A stretch of 63,817 nt of DNA, the filler included, from Lenisia limosa (taxonomy: Eukaryota; Protista; Breviatea), in the NCBI GenBank assembly GCA_001655205.1. It is 10 parts of 10 records of this genome, joined end to end, with 100 filler letters (N's around TTAATTAATTAA, not from the genome) between each part and the next. Parts side by side here need not be neighbours in the genome. Positions count along the whole stretch, not along the records: positions 1 to 22,866 come from LPNZ01011202.1; 9 more parts are not named here. One strand, written 5' to 3'. The translations under genes were made by a program, and so were the position numbers. Positions 1 through 13,139 of this stretch are shown here, piece by piece (the stretch's first letter is position 1; each line of letters starts with the position of its first letter). A model generated the notes under the pieces. It saw only the letters and a program-made list of their open reading frames with translations. It was not told where the DNA came from and searched no databases.

Positions 1-3000
1 AGCTTCCTTTTCAAGTCGGGCTGAGTCCTCTGAGCAACATGGGCCTTTGCTTTCACCTCCACATCAGACTTGCGCTGAAGCTCCTGGACAAGCTTTATGA
101 GCGTCTAAAGAGTCAGATCTATCAGGGATATCCTATGGTTAATAGCATGTTTCCAACTGTAATTCCCCAAAACTAACATCAAGGGTCTTTTGTAAGTTAG
201 TTGCAACGCTGAGTTGCATCTCATTCCTATGGGCTAGCTGGTCGAATCCGTCAACCTGGGGGGGGGGGGGTAAATGNNNNNNNNNNNNNNNNNNNNNNNN
301 NNNNNNNNNNNNNNNNNNNNNNNNNNNNNNNNNNNNNNNNNNNNNNNNNNNNNNNNNNNNNNNNNNNNNNNNNNNNNNNNNNNNNNNNNNNNNNNNNNNN
401 NNNNNNNNNNNNNNNNNNNNNNNNNNNNNNNNNNNNNNNNNNNNNNNNNNNNNNNNNNNNNNNNNNNNNNNNNNNNNNNNNNNNNNNNNNNNNNNTTGCA
501 TGATGCCATAACCGATCGTCAGTATCTGATGGTGTCAGGTTGGAGATAAGATTGTTCCTCAAATATTTCATACTATGTTTTCCAAAGCCGCAAATATAAT
601 GATACGGGAATGCGGTTGACAGCCTACTTGCGGGGGTGGCTCTCTTCAAAGCTTCAGTGGGGTTTTCGTTGTAAAACATGTGCTGTGGAAGTGTAACACA
701 AGGTTTAGTATGTTTAAATAGTGTTTGCATTTCCCCTGAAAAATGCCCCATTTTAGAGCCAGTCATTCCCTACAAACCTTAAACCTAGAAGAAGGACCCA
801 CAAAGGCAGATTCAATAGAAGCGATGGCAGAGTGAGGGAAAGCTTAATTAGTGAAAATGAGTGAATCGACACCTACAGTGACCGGGAAAAGTCCTGACAG
901 ATTTGCAATCTGATTTCCCAAGGAAAATCGGTCAAGACTTCTCCCGGTCTCTGTATATACAGCAGTGAGCCGTTTATCCATGAGTAGCATTTTATCTATC
1001 ATGGTTAAATTATTGTGGATTAGATATTGTCTCACACTAGCCATCCCTTCGAGCCTATCCTCTCACCCATTCTCTTGCCGCTGGTGGATACGGCCGTTGC
1101 GGTTTGTTGCGGCTGTGTGGCACCAAAGACATTTGCTCCGGCAGCAGGGGTACTAGCTCCAAAAAGACCACCTGTGGAGGAATGGAAGTTAGACTTTGTA
1201 CAAGTGTGTATCTGGTCAAAGTGGGGAAATATAAAAAGCACTTTCAGCCCAGAATGCCACAAACGAAAATATAACAGATATTTTCGGATCAAGGTACTTA
1301 AGGTAGGGTGTAAAGATATTACATTACATGAAGAGTGTAAGTCTGATATGTAGATAAAAGAGTAGAGCTGCCCATGTGACTATGATTAGTAAGTAAGCAA
1401 ACCAGTAGCGGGAGCAGCAGCAGTGGTAGCTCCGAAGAGTCCTGAGAGAGTAAAAATGATTTTTTTTTTTCCCATCCCTCCTCAAAAANNNNNNNNNNNN
1501 NNNNNNNNNNNNNNNNNNNNNNNNNNNNNNNNNNNNNNNNNNNNNNNNNNNNNNNNNNNNNNNNNNNNNNNNNNNNNNNNNNNNNNNNNNNNNNNNNNNN
1601 NNNNNNNNNNNNNNNNNNNNNNNNNNNNNNNNNNNNNNNNNNNNNNNNNNCAAAAAGACCACCTGTTTGGAATAAAACTGTGTTCACCGAAGGGATACTC
1701 TGGTTAAGAGAAAAAAAATAACAGAGATGATCAATCAGGGTTATAATATGGTGAGGGTGAAACAAGAGTACTGTGAGTAGACTCTCACCAGTGGCAGGGG
1801 CCGCTGCTGTTGATGTCCCAAAGAGGCCTCCTAAGGGGTGAGAAAAACAAAACAAACAAAAAAAACCAACAAAACAAAAAAAACATATTTTGTAAATAAT
1901 AGAAAAGAAACCCAAACAAAAAAAAAGAAGAAGAAATGGAGTGTTTTCAGTATAAACAATGGAAGAACATACCTGTTGCGGGAGCGGGAGTTGGTGCAGT
2001 AGTTGTTGATGCACCAAAGAGACCGCCTACAGATATATTTTAACACAATAATAAACAGGTATTAGGTCCCCATCATTATCTGTTACATTTACTTTGAAAA
2101 AAAAGGTTAAGACGATCTCAAATAAATCCATCACGAACCAGTTACGGGGGCTGCTGCTGTGGATGCTCCAAAGAGTCCTCCTAAATCGTCAAATCAAGAG
2201 AGGATAACGAGATGCCTAACAATGCAAAAAAAAAGCTGGAGATGGGCTGTGGATAGATATTTACGATGTGTTTAACTATAAACGAAGGGAACTAAAAAAT
2301 AATGGGGAAACCCACCAGTTGCAGGAGCGGCAGCAGGGGTTGTTGATGCGCCAAACAGGCCACCTGCATATTTAGACAAAGAAAAGCAAGGTAACTTGGT
2401 TAGAGAAAAAATATCAAGAGATGGGGGAATAAAGAAAATTTGGGAGACTCACCAGTTGCAGGTGCGGCAGTTGCACCAAAGAGTCCGCCTAAACAGTGTC
2501 AGAAACTGCCCTATAACAGTGTATTTCTGCTAGTCCATCGTACAAAACGTCTTCACAATCAAAATAAATGTAACATGCTTCAATTAGGTCTCGGATGTCG
2601 AAATCTTTCGAAAAAAAAAACCATAAAAATATAGAATCTTATCTGCTTGAACCACGCGCAACTGCTTGAACCACGCGCAAACCACGTGGCGCTCACTCAA
2701 CAACAGCATGAGCAAGAAGTGAATCCCAACCAACCAGCTGCAGGTGCAGCAGTTGTGGAGGCGCCAAAGAGTCCTCCTAAAAAGTGTCAAGATGCTGATT
2801 TCACAAAAAAAAAGTCAAGATGTATATAAAGACGGAACAGAATTGTGAAATTCAATGATGAATGGAAAGCAACCACATACCAGTTGCTGGTGCAGCGGCA
2901 GGGGCGGCAGTACCAAAGAGTCCACCTGAACAGTGAAGGAATATTTCAGCTTCAAATTTCATGGAGGGAACGTCTAAGAAAGTATGGTCATATTGCTAAC

Positions 3001-3288
3001 CAGTAGTAGCAGTTGTTGTGGGGGCAGCACCGAACATTGGAGCTGTGGTCTGGGAAGATAAGAAGCAGTGTAACTGCGGTGAAAGAAGAAAAACAACGTC
3101 GACAGACAACCTACTATCAAGTCCAACAATACTCAATTTGAACAAATTATACCAACCGTTGATGTACCAAAGAGCCCGCCAGTTGCAGGCGCGGCTGGAG
3201 CTGTCGATGCGCCAAAGAGGCTTGTTCCAGGAGCGGCTGGGGTTGTGGTGGAGGCTCCAAAGAGACCTCCTGCTCCGAAAGTAGCCAT
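1..3288 (-). CDS. NUP54: FG-nucleoporin Nup54/Nup57 (multi-exon, 3' end runs off window)
   Basis: ATG at 3288 (MATFGAGGLFGAS) followed by about 13 GLFG/FG repeats on small exons. C-terminal exons read AIASIESAFVGPSS, QHMFYNENP, TPSDTDDRLWHHA, VDGFDQLAHRNEMQ and TLIKLVQELQRKS, which match the Nup54/57 core pattern (YFYN...KP..D...W..A...GF.DL..R...Q). Confidence 0.85.
876..953. mobile_element. 78-bp Tc1/mariner-type MITE (family B), copy in Nup54 intron
   Basis: Palindromic CAGTGACCGGGA(T/A)AAGTC..GAC...GTCAAGACTT.TCCCGGTC(A)CTG flanked by TA on both sides. Same length as the copies at 35994 and 39823. Confidence 0.8.
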
Positions 3289-3610
3289 TATTAACTAATT
3301 AATTCACCTTATCCGCCTAATCTGCTCTTAGAGAGTTGCTAAGATGGATTCTCAAAAACACTTTACACCAACACCGCTTCTTGACTAACTTCCACCTAGA
3401 TTTTTACAGGCTAAGCGTCATAAAGGGCTTAAAATTTGAAGATTGAAGCATTATAAGTGAAAATCGAGAAATAATCGATAATTATCGATATTTATTTGGG
3501 TTCAGAAGAGCATGTTTATGTTTTATGAGGGGTTGTTGAAGTATTGAGGACTAGAGAAAAGAAGAAGAGTTCGATAGCAGACTGTTTTTGTTTTACTTCT
3601 CAAATTTACC

Positions 3611-4764
3611 ATGGTATGCGTCTCTGTTTCCTTCTCAACTGCTGCTGTCTTTATATTTCAAAATAAAATGACTTAACTGAGTAGGGAACTCGTGTTGCAG
3701 CACAGATCATTGTGAGCATTGGCCAGATTATCAGCAAAGCAGTTGTTGAAGGCTACAAAGGAGCCCTTGCCAGTTTGCAGGGATTTGCACCTAACTCAAT
3801 GTCGGATGCAATATGGCATATTTTCCATTGTTTGGTGTTCCCTCATCTCATCTCCAGATGCCCAGACTGGTCTCAGAGCAGCTGGTCCTCGTATCAAGAT
3901 CTCTGTGAGCTTGGCAATATTTGGATTTTATGGAACCATATAATTGTTGTTCATTTGAACCTATATTTCCTGATATATTTTTCTAGGTTTTCTCAATGTC
4001 TTATCATTTTTAGGAAGCTGAAAAGATCTTGGGTGTTCGAGTTGCTGACTCTTTGAAAGACATTGAAGCGGTTGGCGGAGGACACAGTATGATATAAAAA
4101 AACAATGAGTCAGTGTTTAAGTCTGGGAGAGCATTTCTCGGGAACCCGTCATTGAGTTATATTAGAATGACAAAACTTGTATACTCTTTCTGCTTTAACA
4201 ATACTGACCATGCCTGTAGAAAGCTGTGTGTATTCTCTTTTAAATTGGTGCTGCAACCTTCCACTACTTTTGTTAAATTACATATCATAAACATATACTA
4301 TATCTATATATATGCACATTCATACAATTATAGTGTACTGTAACATTAATTACCCGCAGAAATACCTAAGAATGATGGACAACAATTCAGAAGAAAAAGG
4401 AGGGTCATTTTACTTACAGTCAAAAGTAAGAGGGTTGCGTGGACGCACACAAACAACCGAAATACGTTCAACCTTCCAGTTCCTCGCTGATTTTGCAGGA
4501 TTTATCTTCTATACTTGTGATTATTTTCTCTGCATGATGAAAACATACATTTTCTCATTGAATTTTCTGGTTTATGTGATATGTACTTAGTTTCTTGCAC
4601 CAGTACCAGTTGTTTCTATTCTTGCTTTCTACATATATATATTCTTGTCTCATTCAATGGGAAGACTGATATTCTAGATGTTCCGGGCATACGAAGTTTT
4701 TGAGCAAGAGCATGGCCAGAGTGGGCCTGTTGATGACTCTGAAGACCCGAAGCCCCAGGATTAA
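3611..4764 (+). CDS. PAM16: Mitochondrial import motor subunit Pam16/Tim16 (multi-exon)
   Basis: Spliced exons read M|GTRVAAQIIVSIGQIISKAVVEGY...EAEKILGV...KYLRMMDNNSEEKGGSFYLQSK|MFRAYEVF, including the diagnostic GGSFYLQSK motif. TAA at 4762-4764. Confidence 0.93.
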
Positions 4765-5005
4765 GAATGTCTTTTTTTTTTTTTTCTTCTTCTGAGGCCA
4801 AAGGACTCTTCACTACTTTATTGTCTTTAGGATGTATATTTAATCAAGTTGGTATATTGGACTACCAAGAGTTTTGAAGAGTAGGTGCACATTTTTTGAG
4901 TAAAACAAGATGTTTACATTAAAAACCTAAAAAGAGTACATGTTACCTTTTTTCTTCAAACAAAAATGTTGACATGCAATGTGAAAGCACCAGCCAGAGT
5001 ATACA

Positions 5006-8000
5006 CTATTGCTCCGCAATGCTCATGGCAGGGTCCTTGGAGTCAGCTTCATTTATAATCTCGCCTGCTGCTGCGTCTGAAAAATTGATAAGGATACAAA
5101 TTACTGTAGGGTATTGCCTCAAGCATACCTTTCTCTGATTCTTCAAGTGTGCTACTGTTGTCCGAATTGGGCAGATCATCAAGATCGCGCATTAACGCCT
5201 CCCTTACGTTTGCTAATGAGTTAAAATGACATGTAAAAATTAATAAATTTCCAAAGAAAGCCAAGATAGTAATACATATCACATTGAACCGCTGTGCCTA
5301 GACACAAACAGGTAGAGATATTCAAGAGAAATTTCTGGATTGGCACCCTGCTTTACAGATATCTATACTTAACAATGTAGCAATATGTATAATATTATTA
5401 CTTGACGGAGTTATTAATTTCAATCTTCAAGACCTACCCGCTTCTTTGAGCTTGATCAGGTCGATTTTCCCATCATCCCCAGTGGGGATCATTTGGATAA
5501 TCTCACTGATCTAAACTGTCAGTTTAGGGCAGTTTCAATAGAGAAATGAGAAATGAAAGGAGTTTTTGGCCAAAGCAGTTGGCACCAGACACAAACAGCT
5601 TTTCCTGTGCCTCCCCATAGTGTGATTTCAGAGCATAGTCCGCATCCTACTTGTCCTTTTGATCTTTCCTCCTTCAACATTCGAATTGCTGTTCCAAGTT
5701 CCTCTGGAAGGGAAATAGGTAATAATGCGTTACTTGAGATTTCAACATTTTTGACCGAAAGGCCTAATAGGTACCGTTGCCTCTCTCACCAACAGTAACC
5801 TTTCCGTCCTGGTTGACATTGATCAGGTTAAGCCCTCGACTGATACTGCTGTCTATTTCTGTCATTTCTTCCCCGAGGCGCGTAAGTAGGAACTCAAGTC
5901 GTCTTGATAGCCTGGAATATAATAAAAAAAAAACTGTTTTTTTATGGGAAACGGAAAATATCAATACCGATGATGTGAATATTAGCGTTCAGATTGTGAT
6001 TATGGGGGNNNNNNNNNNNNNNNNNNNNNNNNNNNNNNNNNNNNNNNNNNNNNNNNNNNNNNNNNNNNNNNNNNNNNNNNNNNNNNNNNNNNNNNNNNNN
6101 NNNNNNNNNNNNNNNNNNNNNNNNNNNNNNNNNNNNNNNNNNNNNNNNNNNNNNNNNNNNNNNNNNNNNNNNNNNNNNNNNNNAAGAGAAAAACTACCCT
6201 CGCTGTGCAGTATTTTAACATATTTTAGCTGGAAAACAAAACTAAGATGACTCTCACCATGCTGCTTGGTGTCCTGGCTACTGTTGGGGGATACATCAGA
6301 AAAGTGTATTTCTTCCACTTCGATGGGCTGAAGATAAAGATAAACCACATAGGTCAGAAGAAGAATAGGGGGGGGGGGGGATCCTTGGCCGGAAATACCG
6401 ANNNNNNNNNNNNNNNNNNNNNNNNNNNNNNNNNNNNNNNNNNNNNNNNNNNNNNNNNNNNNNNNNNNNNNNNNNNNNNNNNTTAAATTTAAAGTACGAT
6501 ATGTACTGTAATATTGATTATAAAATAAATCTTACCAAGGAAACCTCTTCCACAGAAGGCGCAATGATAGAATCAACAGTTCCTGGTAGGGCTGGATCGT
6601 GAGTAACATTGAGATTCAAGGGAAAACATATGACAAAAGCCTCCCCATCATGGTTGGCTTCATGAAATATCGCTGTTCCAGCCGAGCTCTTCTTTGACAA
6701 TTTGAACAGACCTCCATATACATGTTAATCCCCATATGGTCCCTCCACCCATACATGGACTCGATTTTGTCTGTTTCTTGAGTCGCTCAGTTGAGTCCTT
6801 CACAATTTCATTGGCCCTCTCGTACTCCAAACGAAGGTTCGCCAAATCTGCGCGTTCCTAGAGGGGATGAATCCAAGCATCAACAATTATATTGAATACT
6901 CATTAAAGATTCGACAACTAATTAAGAAGAACACATACCCTCTCCCATTCATACCTCATCCACAGCGCTTTCTGATGCCAGGATCAAGACTGCCTCCTCT
7001 GCCTCAGCCAGGTCTTTTGCCTTGATCCGCTCAGATTCGGAGGGTTTAGGCTGCTCATCAGCTGAGGGTATTTTTACTAGAGAATCAGAACATGCATGTG
7101 GTAATTCGTAAATCCAACTGAATAATCCAATAAGACATTCGGAAAATAATTCAAGTCATTGGCGGTAAGATAGACTTACATTCATTCTCTGTACTTGTAA
7201 TGGAAGGAACAGTGAAGTTAACATATGTGTCCTAAAAGTGTAAAAAGGGAGCCAAACGCATATCGCACATTTGCAAGGTTCAGACCTTGTGTAGATCAGT
7301 GAGGTATTTGTCCTGTGCTTCTTGCTCAATAAGCTGGGTCTGATTGAGTACAGATGTCAGCATTCGCTCCGAAGTTGCTGAATTTCACAATAAGAATAGA
7401 AAATAAGACTGATGCCGAATTTGTCACTGAAATGACAGTAATTGTAACTAAAACAAATACTTAACACGATTGTGTGAATCAACCAGTTATATTTTCCATA
7501 TTATATGATATATTCTAAAAGTAGACTTCAAATAGATGGATTTAGGAGAGAATGCGCAAAGAAAGCACCCCACCAACAAATAGAATTCTTGTAGGTAGTT
7601 TTGACCTGGTTTTTGGCTACTTCAGCCTCAACTTCTTCAATAACTTCACGCGACATTCCACTTAATGTTACACGCAGCGCCTCCTCCTGGTTGTTGGTGT
7701 AGATGCTGGGGGGGAGGGGTAATTTATATGAATACAAATTCTACACCATTTAATTAACAAAAGACAGCGGAAATAAACAATACTATATGATATCATATAA
7801 TATACTACCAATATGGAAAACCATTATTCAAAGAATCTCACACTGTTGTTACCTGCTAAACGTAAAAATTCTGGAGAGCAGTAGTAATGAGATGGAGACA
7901 CCTGCTTGGCTCAGGTCCAACCACTCAAGGAGTTGCCGTCTGAGCACGGCCCGTCCTAGGTTTGAGAAGGTATTTTCACGAGCCGCATATCCCCCAAAAA

Positions 8001-10641
8001 GGTCCCTTCAGCACTAACCTCGTTGTGATTCGAAGTTCATTCCTCTTGCCCTATTAGCAGCTTGAAGCTCACTAAAGGAAACGAGTCAACTCCCTCGAAA
8101 ATTATCATCTAGAGAAGTGTAAAAATGACTCATGATGCAGCTGCAGTAAATAACCAACGCGATCAATTATTATCATACCCCCCATTCCTCCCCAACCCTA
8201 TCATCCGCCTTGATACGTCTGACTTTGTGACGTAGCTGGAACCGCAAAAACGCGTCAGTTCCATAGGNNNNNNNNNNNNNNNNNNNNNNNNNNNNNNNNN
8301 NNNNNNNNNNNNNNNNNNNNNNNNNNNNNNNNNNNNNNNNNNNNNNNNNNNNNNNNNNNNNNNNNNNNNNNNNNNNNNNNNNNNNNNNNNNNNNNNNNNN
8401 NNNGATTTCATCTCTATATATGTAATTGTTTTTAGATCGTGGCAAAAGTCTCACTACAGAGAATTATTAACAACTTTTCACCCAGTCTCAAGACTATATA
8501 TCCTCACCTGAATAATTGTGACAGAGACAAAATTTCATCGGTCGTAACAGCTTCTCCATTTTGAGTCTGTTTCATTAGCAATGGATAAAGAAACTGAAAG
8601 GGCACTATGTACCCCAACAACCTTCACTATTCAAAGAAGCTTTAAGATAAGAACAACCATCTCCTCACATTATATCATATAAAAGTAAATAGATATGAGA
8701 AATAAAACAAGATTTTCTGGCCGAAGCCGTCTACACCATCACATTGTCAGAGATATAGGATTATATTAATAGTATTAATGCACCCAATCATTTGCCTACA
8801 ACTTTGTGCACACAGTTTTCTGTGTGCCTCCATAGCAATGAGAAATAAAAAACCAAAGTTGTATCTAAAGATATAATACATATACATTGTACATAAATAT
8901 ATATGATACATATCATTGCATATAATATGCATATTATACATATCATATAGTATATGATATGTATTGTTATACTTTAGATATATCCGATATGCATATACTA
9001 GTACATAATATAGGCGCACAGAGTTGTTAGGCAAATGATTGGGTGAAATAATATTAACTATAATCCACTATCTCTTATTAAAGTGATGGTGTGTTTCGGC
9101 CAGATACAACCTTGATATATTTATCGATCACATATTATATCATGCTCACCTTACGCATGAGTGCTTTGAATGAGTCTGCATCCGGGACTTTTCTGTTGAC
9201 CAGTTGCGACGCAAGGTCATTGAAAGCGTCCTAAGCTATGAGAGATGCAGTTTGGAGAAACATATGTATATTCTTCACAGACATTAAGAAAGCGTGCCAT
9301 TTCGATTTTGACTCGGAGGGACCTTTTAAGATCTGCTTCTTTCTTGAGTTGGTCCACAAAAACAGATGGTAGCATTTGGGGGAACATCTAAGGGATGAGT
9401 GAATGAGCAAAAACACACAACTAGCAACTGACCTAGTAACATATCAAAGGTGTACAAAGGGGTGTTATGCCGAGTGAAATAATGTACTACTCATTAAAAC
9501 ATTGAAGAGTAATAACGATCCGAGCTAACCTTGAGGGCGAAAGGCAAAGCAAATTCGAGAAAAGGAACCACGACAAACACTGCAACCGGTACAACACGAA
9601 AGATGTCACTGGTCTGGGGTCAGTTAGACGCCGGTGGAAACAGTCTAGGAGACTTCATGTAATTAAGCCCACCCCCATACCACTCGGTGGAGAAGTTTAT
9701 GCTCCCTTCTTGTCAGTGTTTGCCCTAGGAATTTGATATTTTTCGGTTGAAAATCTCATTGTTATTCAACTCTTTAACAAATACTAACCTTTGATCATGC
9801 GACGAAACAGCTTGAAGGCAATTTTCGTATCAGCGCAGAGGAGTTTCATACCTGTCACAGTATGAACCGTGACGTCCTTGATCTTCGAGAGGGTCTACAA
9901 GATAAGTAGGATGGTTTTATCTTCCATCTGAAGGATTTGAATCAAAAAACCGAAAACAAGACTAACCTTTCTGAGAGGCTTGGAATCATTGATTTCTGGG
10001 TTGTTACCAAAATATCATTCAGGCAAGAAATGATTCTGATATTTACAAAAATCAATTGTCATAAAAGGGATATGCCAAACGAAAAACCAACAATTGTGCT
10101 CCCCACTATTCAGCAACGCATCAGTTAAATAAGGCGGAAGGACTTCTACCACTGGTACAGTACTTTCTGTTGCAGCAGCACTTTCTTCAGGCTGGGGGGA
10201 TTCTTTGTCATCCTCAGCATCTTGAAATAATTAAACGGCTGAGAATAATTTGTGTTGAAAATTGCCCTTTGAAGCTAAGAAACATAACAAAACGGCTAGC
10301 TGTGATCCCCTCTCCTCACCAGTTCCAGAAAAGTATGAAAGTCTGAAATGTCTCCCCAGAAGCGAAGCCCGAACTGTTTGCTACAGGTATTGAAATTAAA
10401 TTAATTGTTTTTATCCAATGAATATTTTGGAAACATAACATCAATTTTTCAAACCCATCCCACCGAGGCAACATTTGTTCTCAATGCAGAAAAAGCCAAG
10501 CCTCTAGCAATTTTGGGTGAACTGAAAATATGAATTGAAGACAAAATCAGAATTGCCAATGGACTCCTTTCAAATCAATTCCCTCCAAAACACCCACGAT
10601 TTCAGGAGTCCTTGAGTGGCTGGAAGGAAGAATCTTAGCAT
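5006..10641 (-). CDS. LETM1: LETM1/Mdm38 mitochondrial inner-membrane protein (about 20 exons)
   Basis: Exons read GMKLLCADTKIAFKLFRRM, SDIFRVVPVAVFVVVPFLEFALP, MFPQMLPSVF...SLRVKIEMARFL, YGTDAFLRFQLRHKVRRIKADDR, ELQAANRARGM, LRRQLLEWLDLS...SLLLLSR, plus EF-hand-like NVNQDGKVTV and GDDGKIDL. Probable presequence MLRFFLPATQGLLK; start and stop inferred. Confidence 0.92.
8695..9113. repeat. ~150-bp TA-associated interspersed repeat (family A), here two inverted arms around an AT-rich spacer in a LETM1 intron
   Basis: Arm 8695-8831 (atgagaaataaaa...ggccgaagccgtctacaccatcac...cccaatcatttgcctacaac..tgtgcacacag..gcctcc) is the reverse complement of arm 9013-9113. Related copies near 24884, 35920, 37695, 38133, 39298, 48877, 57683. 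Confidence 0.8.
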
Positions 10642-10884
10642 GATTTGCCAAATATCCTCCAGCAGGTCTTCTGTGTTGCGCAGGTGGGAGGGCAATCTGG
10701 TGGCAATTGATCTGATGGTTTAATGGCAGTTTAATGTACCTGGGCGCGAGTAAGACCTGGACGGCTCAGAGAGAGGGAGACTGGGGGACAATATTGGTTT
10801 TACCCAGATTATACTTTGCAGTGTAACTAAAGTAAAAAATAAACTATTTTCAAAAATATAATCAAGTTAGGAGGAAATGTACTA

Positions 10885-10957
10885 GCCGACTTAGCTCAAT
10901 TGGGAGAGCGTACGACTGAAGATCGTAAGGTCCCCGGATCGATCCCGGGAGTCGGCA
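10885..10957 (+). tRNA. tRNA-Phe (GAA)
   Basis: 73-nt cloverleaf. Acceptor stem GCCGACT/AGTCGGC, anticodon arm TACGA-CTGAAGA-TCGTA, T arm CCCGG-ATCGATC-CCGGG. Followed by a poly-T Pol III terminator. Confidence 0.95.
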
Positions 10958-11078
10958 ATTTTTTTATTTTTTATTTTTATTTTTTTTGTCTTCTCGAAAA
11001 ATTTCGATATTTCATCGATAAATATTCCTTATTTAAAATTTATTTTGTTTTTTTTATTTCTTTTTCAGCCTGATCAAA

Positions 11079-12693
11079 ATGGGAAAGAAATCTATTGCTA
11101 AGTCTGACTCTAAGAGTAAGCTGGGAAGTACACTTGTATTGCTTACCTTGTTTTGCATTTTTGTCATGACTTTGATTGATGTATTGGCGTATATGGCTTA
11201 TAAATTGTTTCCGTTGAGAATTCAGAGCGATTTTTTTTAACTTTTTTTAGAGAAGGCCGTCAAGGCCGCTCCCGTCAAGGAGTCCAAGAAGGCCTCTAAG
11301 AAGTCTTCCAAGAAGTCTAAGAAGGAAAGGTAATTTTGACCAGTTGTCATGCTTTTTTTTTTTCTTTACCGACTTCTGGGCTTATTTCTTTGTCAAGGGT
11401 TTCTGTGATCACAATACCAATGATTTTGAAGAGTTTATTTCCTAATGAATGTCGGCCTTCCTATCCTGGCCTTGGTTGTTCTGTTTACCTTTGAATGGGC
11501 TTTACTTTTTTCAGCAGCTCTGATGACGAGTCTTCCTCGAGCGACGAGTCTTCTTCTGATGATTCTTCCAGCGACTCTGACTCCTCTTCTGAGGAGGAGA
11601 AGAAGGCTGACTCTTCCAGCTCTGATTCTGATTCTTCTGATGACGACAAGAAGAAGTCTGACTCTTCATCCGATTCTGACTCTGATGATGAGGAGGAGAA
11701 GAAGAAGTCCGATTCCTCCAGCTCTGATTCTGACTCCGACTCTGACAAGGAGGAGGAGAAGAAGAAGTCCGATTCTTCCAGCTCTGATTCTTCCGACTCT
11801 GATGACGACAAGAAGAAGTCTGACAGCGACTCTTCATCCGATTCTGACTCTGATGATGATAAGGAGGAGAAGAAGGAGGTATGTTTTTGTTGATGATTTT
11901 TTTAAGTAGCTTCAGGCTCTTCCTCTCCCTTCTTGCTCTATTTTCCTTAACAACCCAGGAGACTCCCGCTAAGCGCCCCCGCGAGGAGGAGGCCGTCGTT
12001 GAGGAGGCCGCCCCCGTCGAGAAGAAGCCCCGTTACTCCGCTGATGGCGAGAAGTCCGCTCCTTCCTCTACCCTTTTCCTTGGAAACCTTTCCTTCAAGG
12101 TTAGCAAAAGTTTCGTCTCCTTCAAATTTCTGAGATCATTTCACACCTTAGGTTGACGAAGACATTCTCCGCTCCTCTTTCGCTGAGGCCGGCAAGGTTG
12201 TCTCTGTGCGTCTCCCCTGCTTCGAGGACGGTCGTAAGAAGGGCTTTGGATACGTCGAGTTCGAGGACGTTGAGGCTGCCAAGTCTGCCATGAAGTGGGA
12301 CCAGACTGACTTCTACGGACGCCCCATCCGCATGGATTTTGCTGCTGCTCGCCGTAAGAAGGGTTCGACGTTTTTGGTAGCTGAACTCATATCTTTTCTT
12401 TTTTTTTATATATTTACGGAACCCTTTCCTGTTGAGCTGCATTCACCCTCGCAGCCGATCGTGGAGGCTTTGGCGGTGGACGCGGTGGCGGACGTGGTCG
12501 TGGTGGCGGATTCGGTGACCGTGGCGGCCGTGGAGGCGGATTCCGTGGAGGCCGTGGCCGTGGCGGCGGATTCGGCGATCGTGGAGGCCGTGGCCGTGGC
12601 GGCGGATTCGGAGATCGTGGAGGCCGTGGAGGTGGATTCCGTGGCGGCCGTGGCGGCATGCAGCCTTCCGGCTCTTCTTTCTCCTTCGACTAA
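11079..12693 (+). CDS. Nucleolin/Nsr1/Gar2-like nucleolar protein (acidic Ser-rich N-terminus, RRM, RGG tail)
   Basis: MGKKSIAK start, long S/D/E tracts with KKK, RRM with RNP2 TLFLGNLSF and RNP1 KGFGYVEF, then GGFGGGRGG repeats ending FSFD*. Confidence 0.9.
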
Positions 12694-13139
12694 GCGTTAG
12701 GCTTGTCGGCAGCGATGCTTTCCGCTCCTGTCTATGGTGTTTTTGTTTCTTTCTTGAGCCTTGCCGGCTCTTCCAGGCTGATAAATAGAGAACTGTGTTC
12801 ATAATCGAGGCTATTATTGTGTCTGCGGTGGATTGGGTTGTTTTTTATATATATTTACTTCTCATGATATGGACGACTAAAAGACACCTAAAAGCATGGG
12901 GGGGGTTCCTCACTGAGTTATGTGAGATAGAAACCCTCCATACGCACTTATCAGAGAAGTCACCCGATCATTTGACTTAAAACAAATCCATGTTCTCGCA
13001 CACGCTCCTTGGCACAACATGCACAAAAAATACATTAACATAAAGACAAAAAAAAAAAGCACAATTACAACCTAACCGTAGATACACAATATAAAACTAT
13101 CCTGAATAGTATACTGGAGGCGACATTGGACGGGGTACA

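Noticed and set aside
3611-10641. Adjacent mitochondrial inner-membrane genes Pam16 and LETM1 as a functional cluster
   Set aside because: They are two convergent genes with no shared-promoter evidence; chance adjacency is sufficient.
11445-12802. Several long alternative-frame and antisense ORFs over the nucleolin-like gene
   Set aside because: They are shadows of low-complexity S/D/E and RGG codon repeats.
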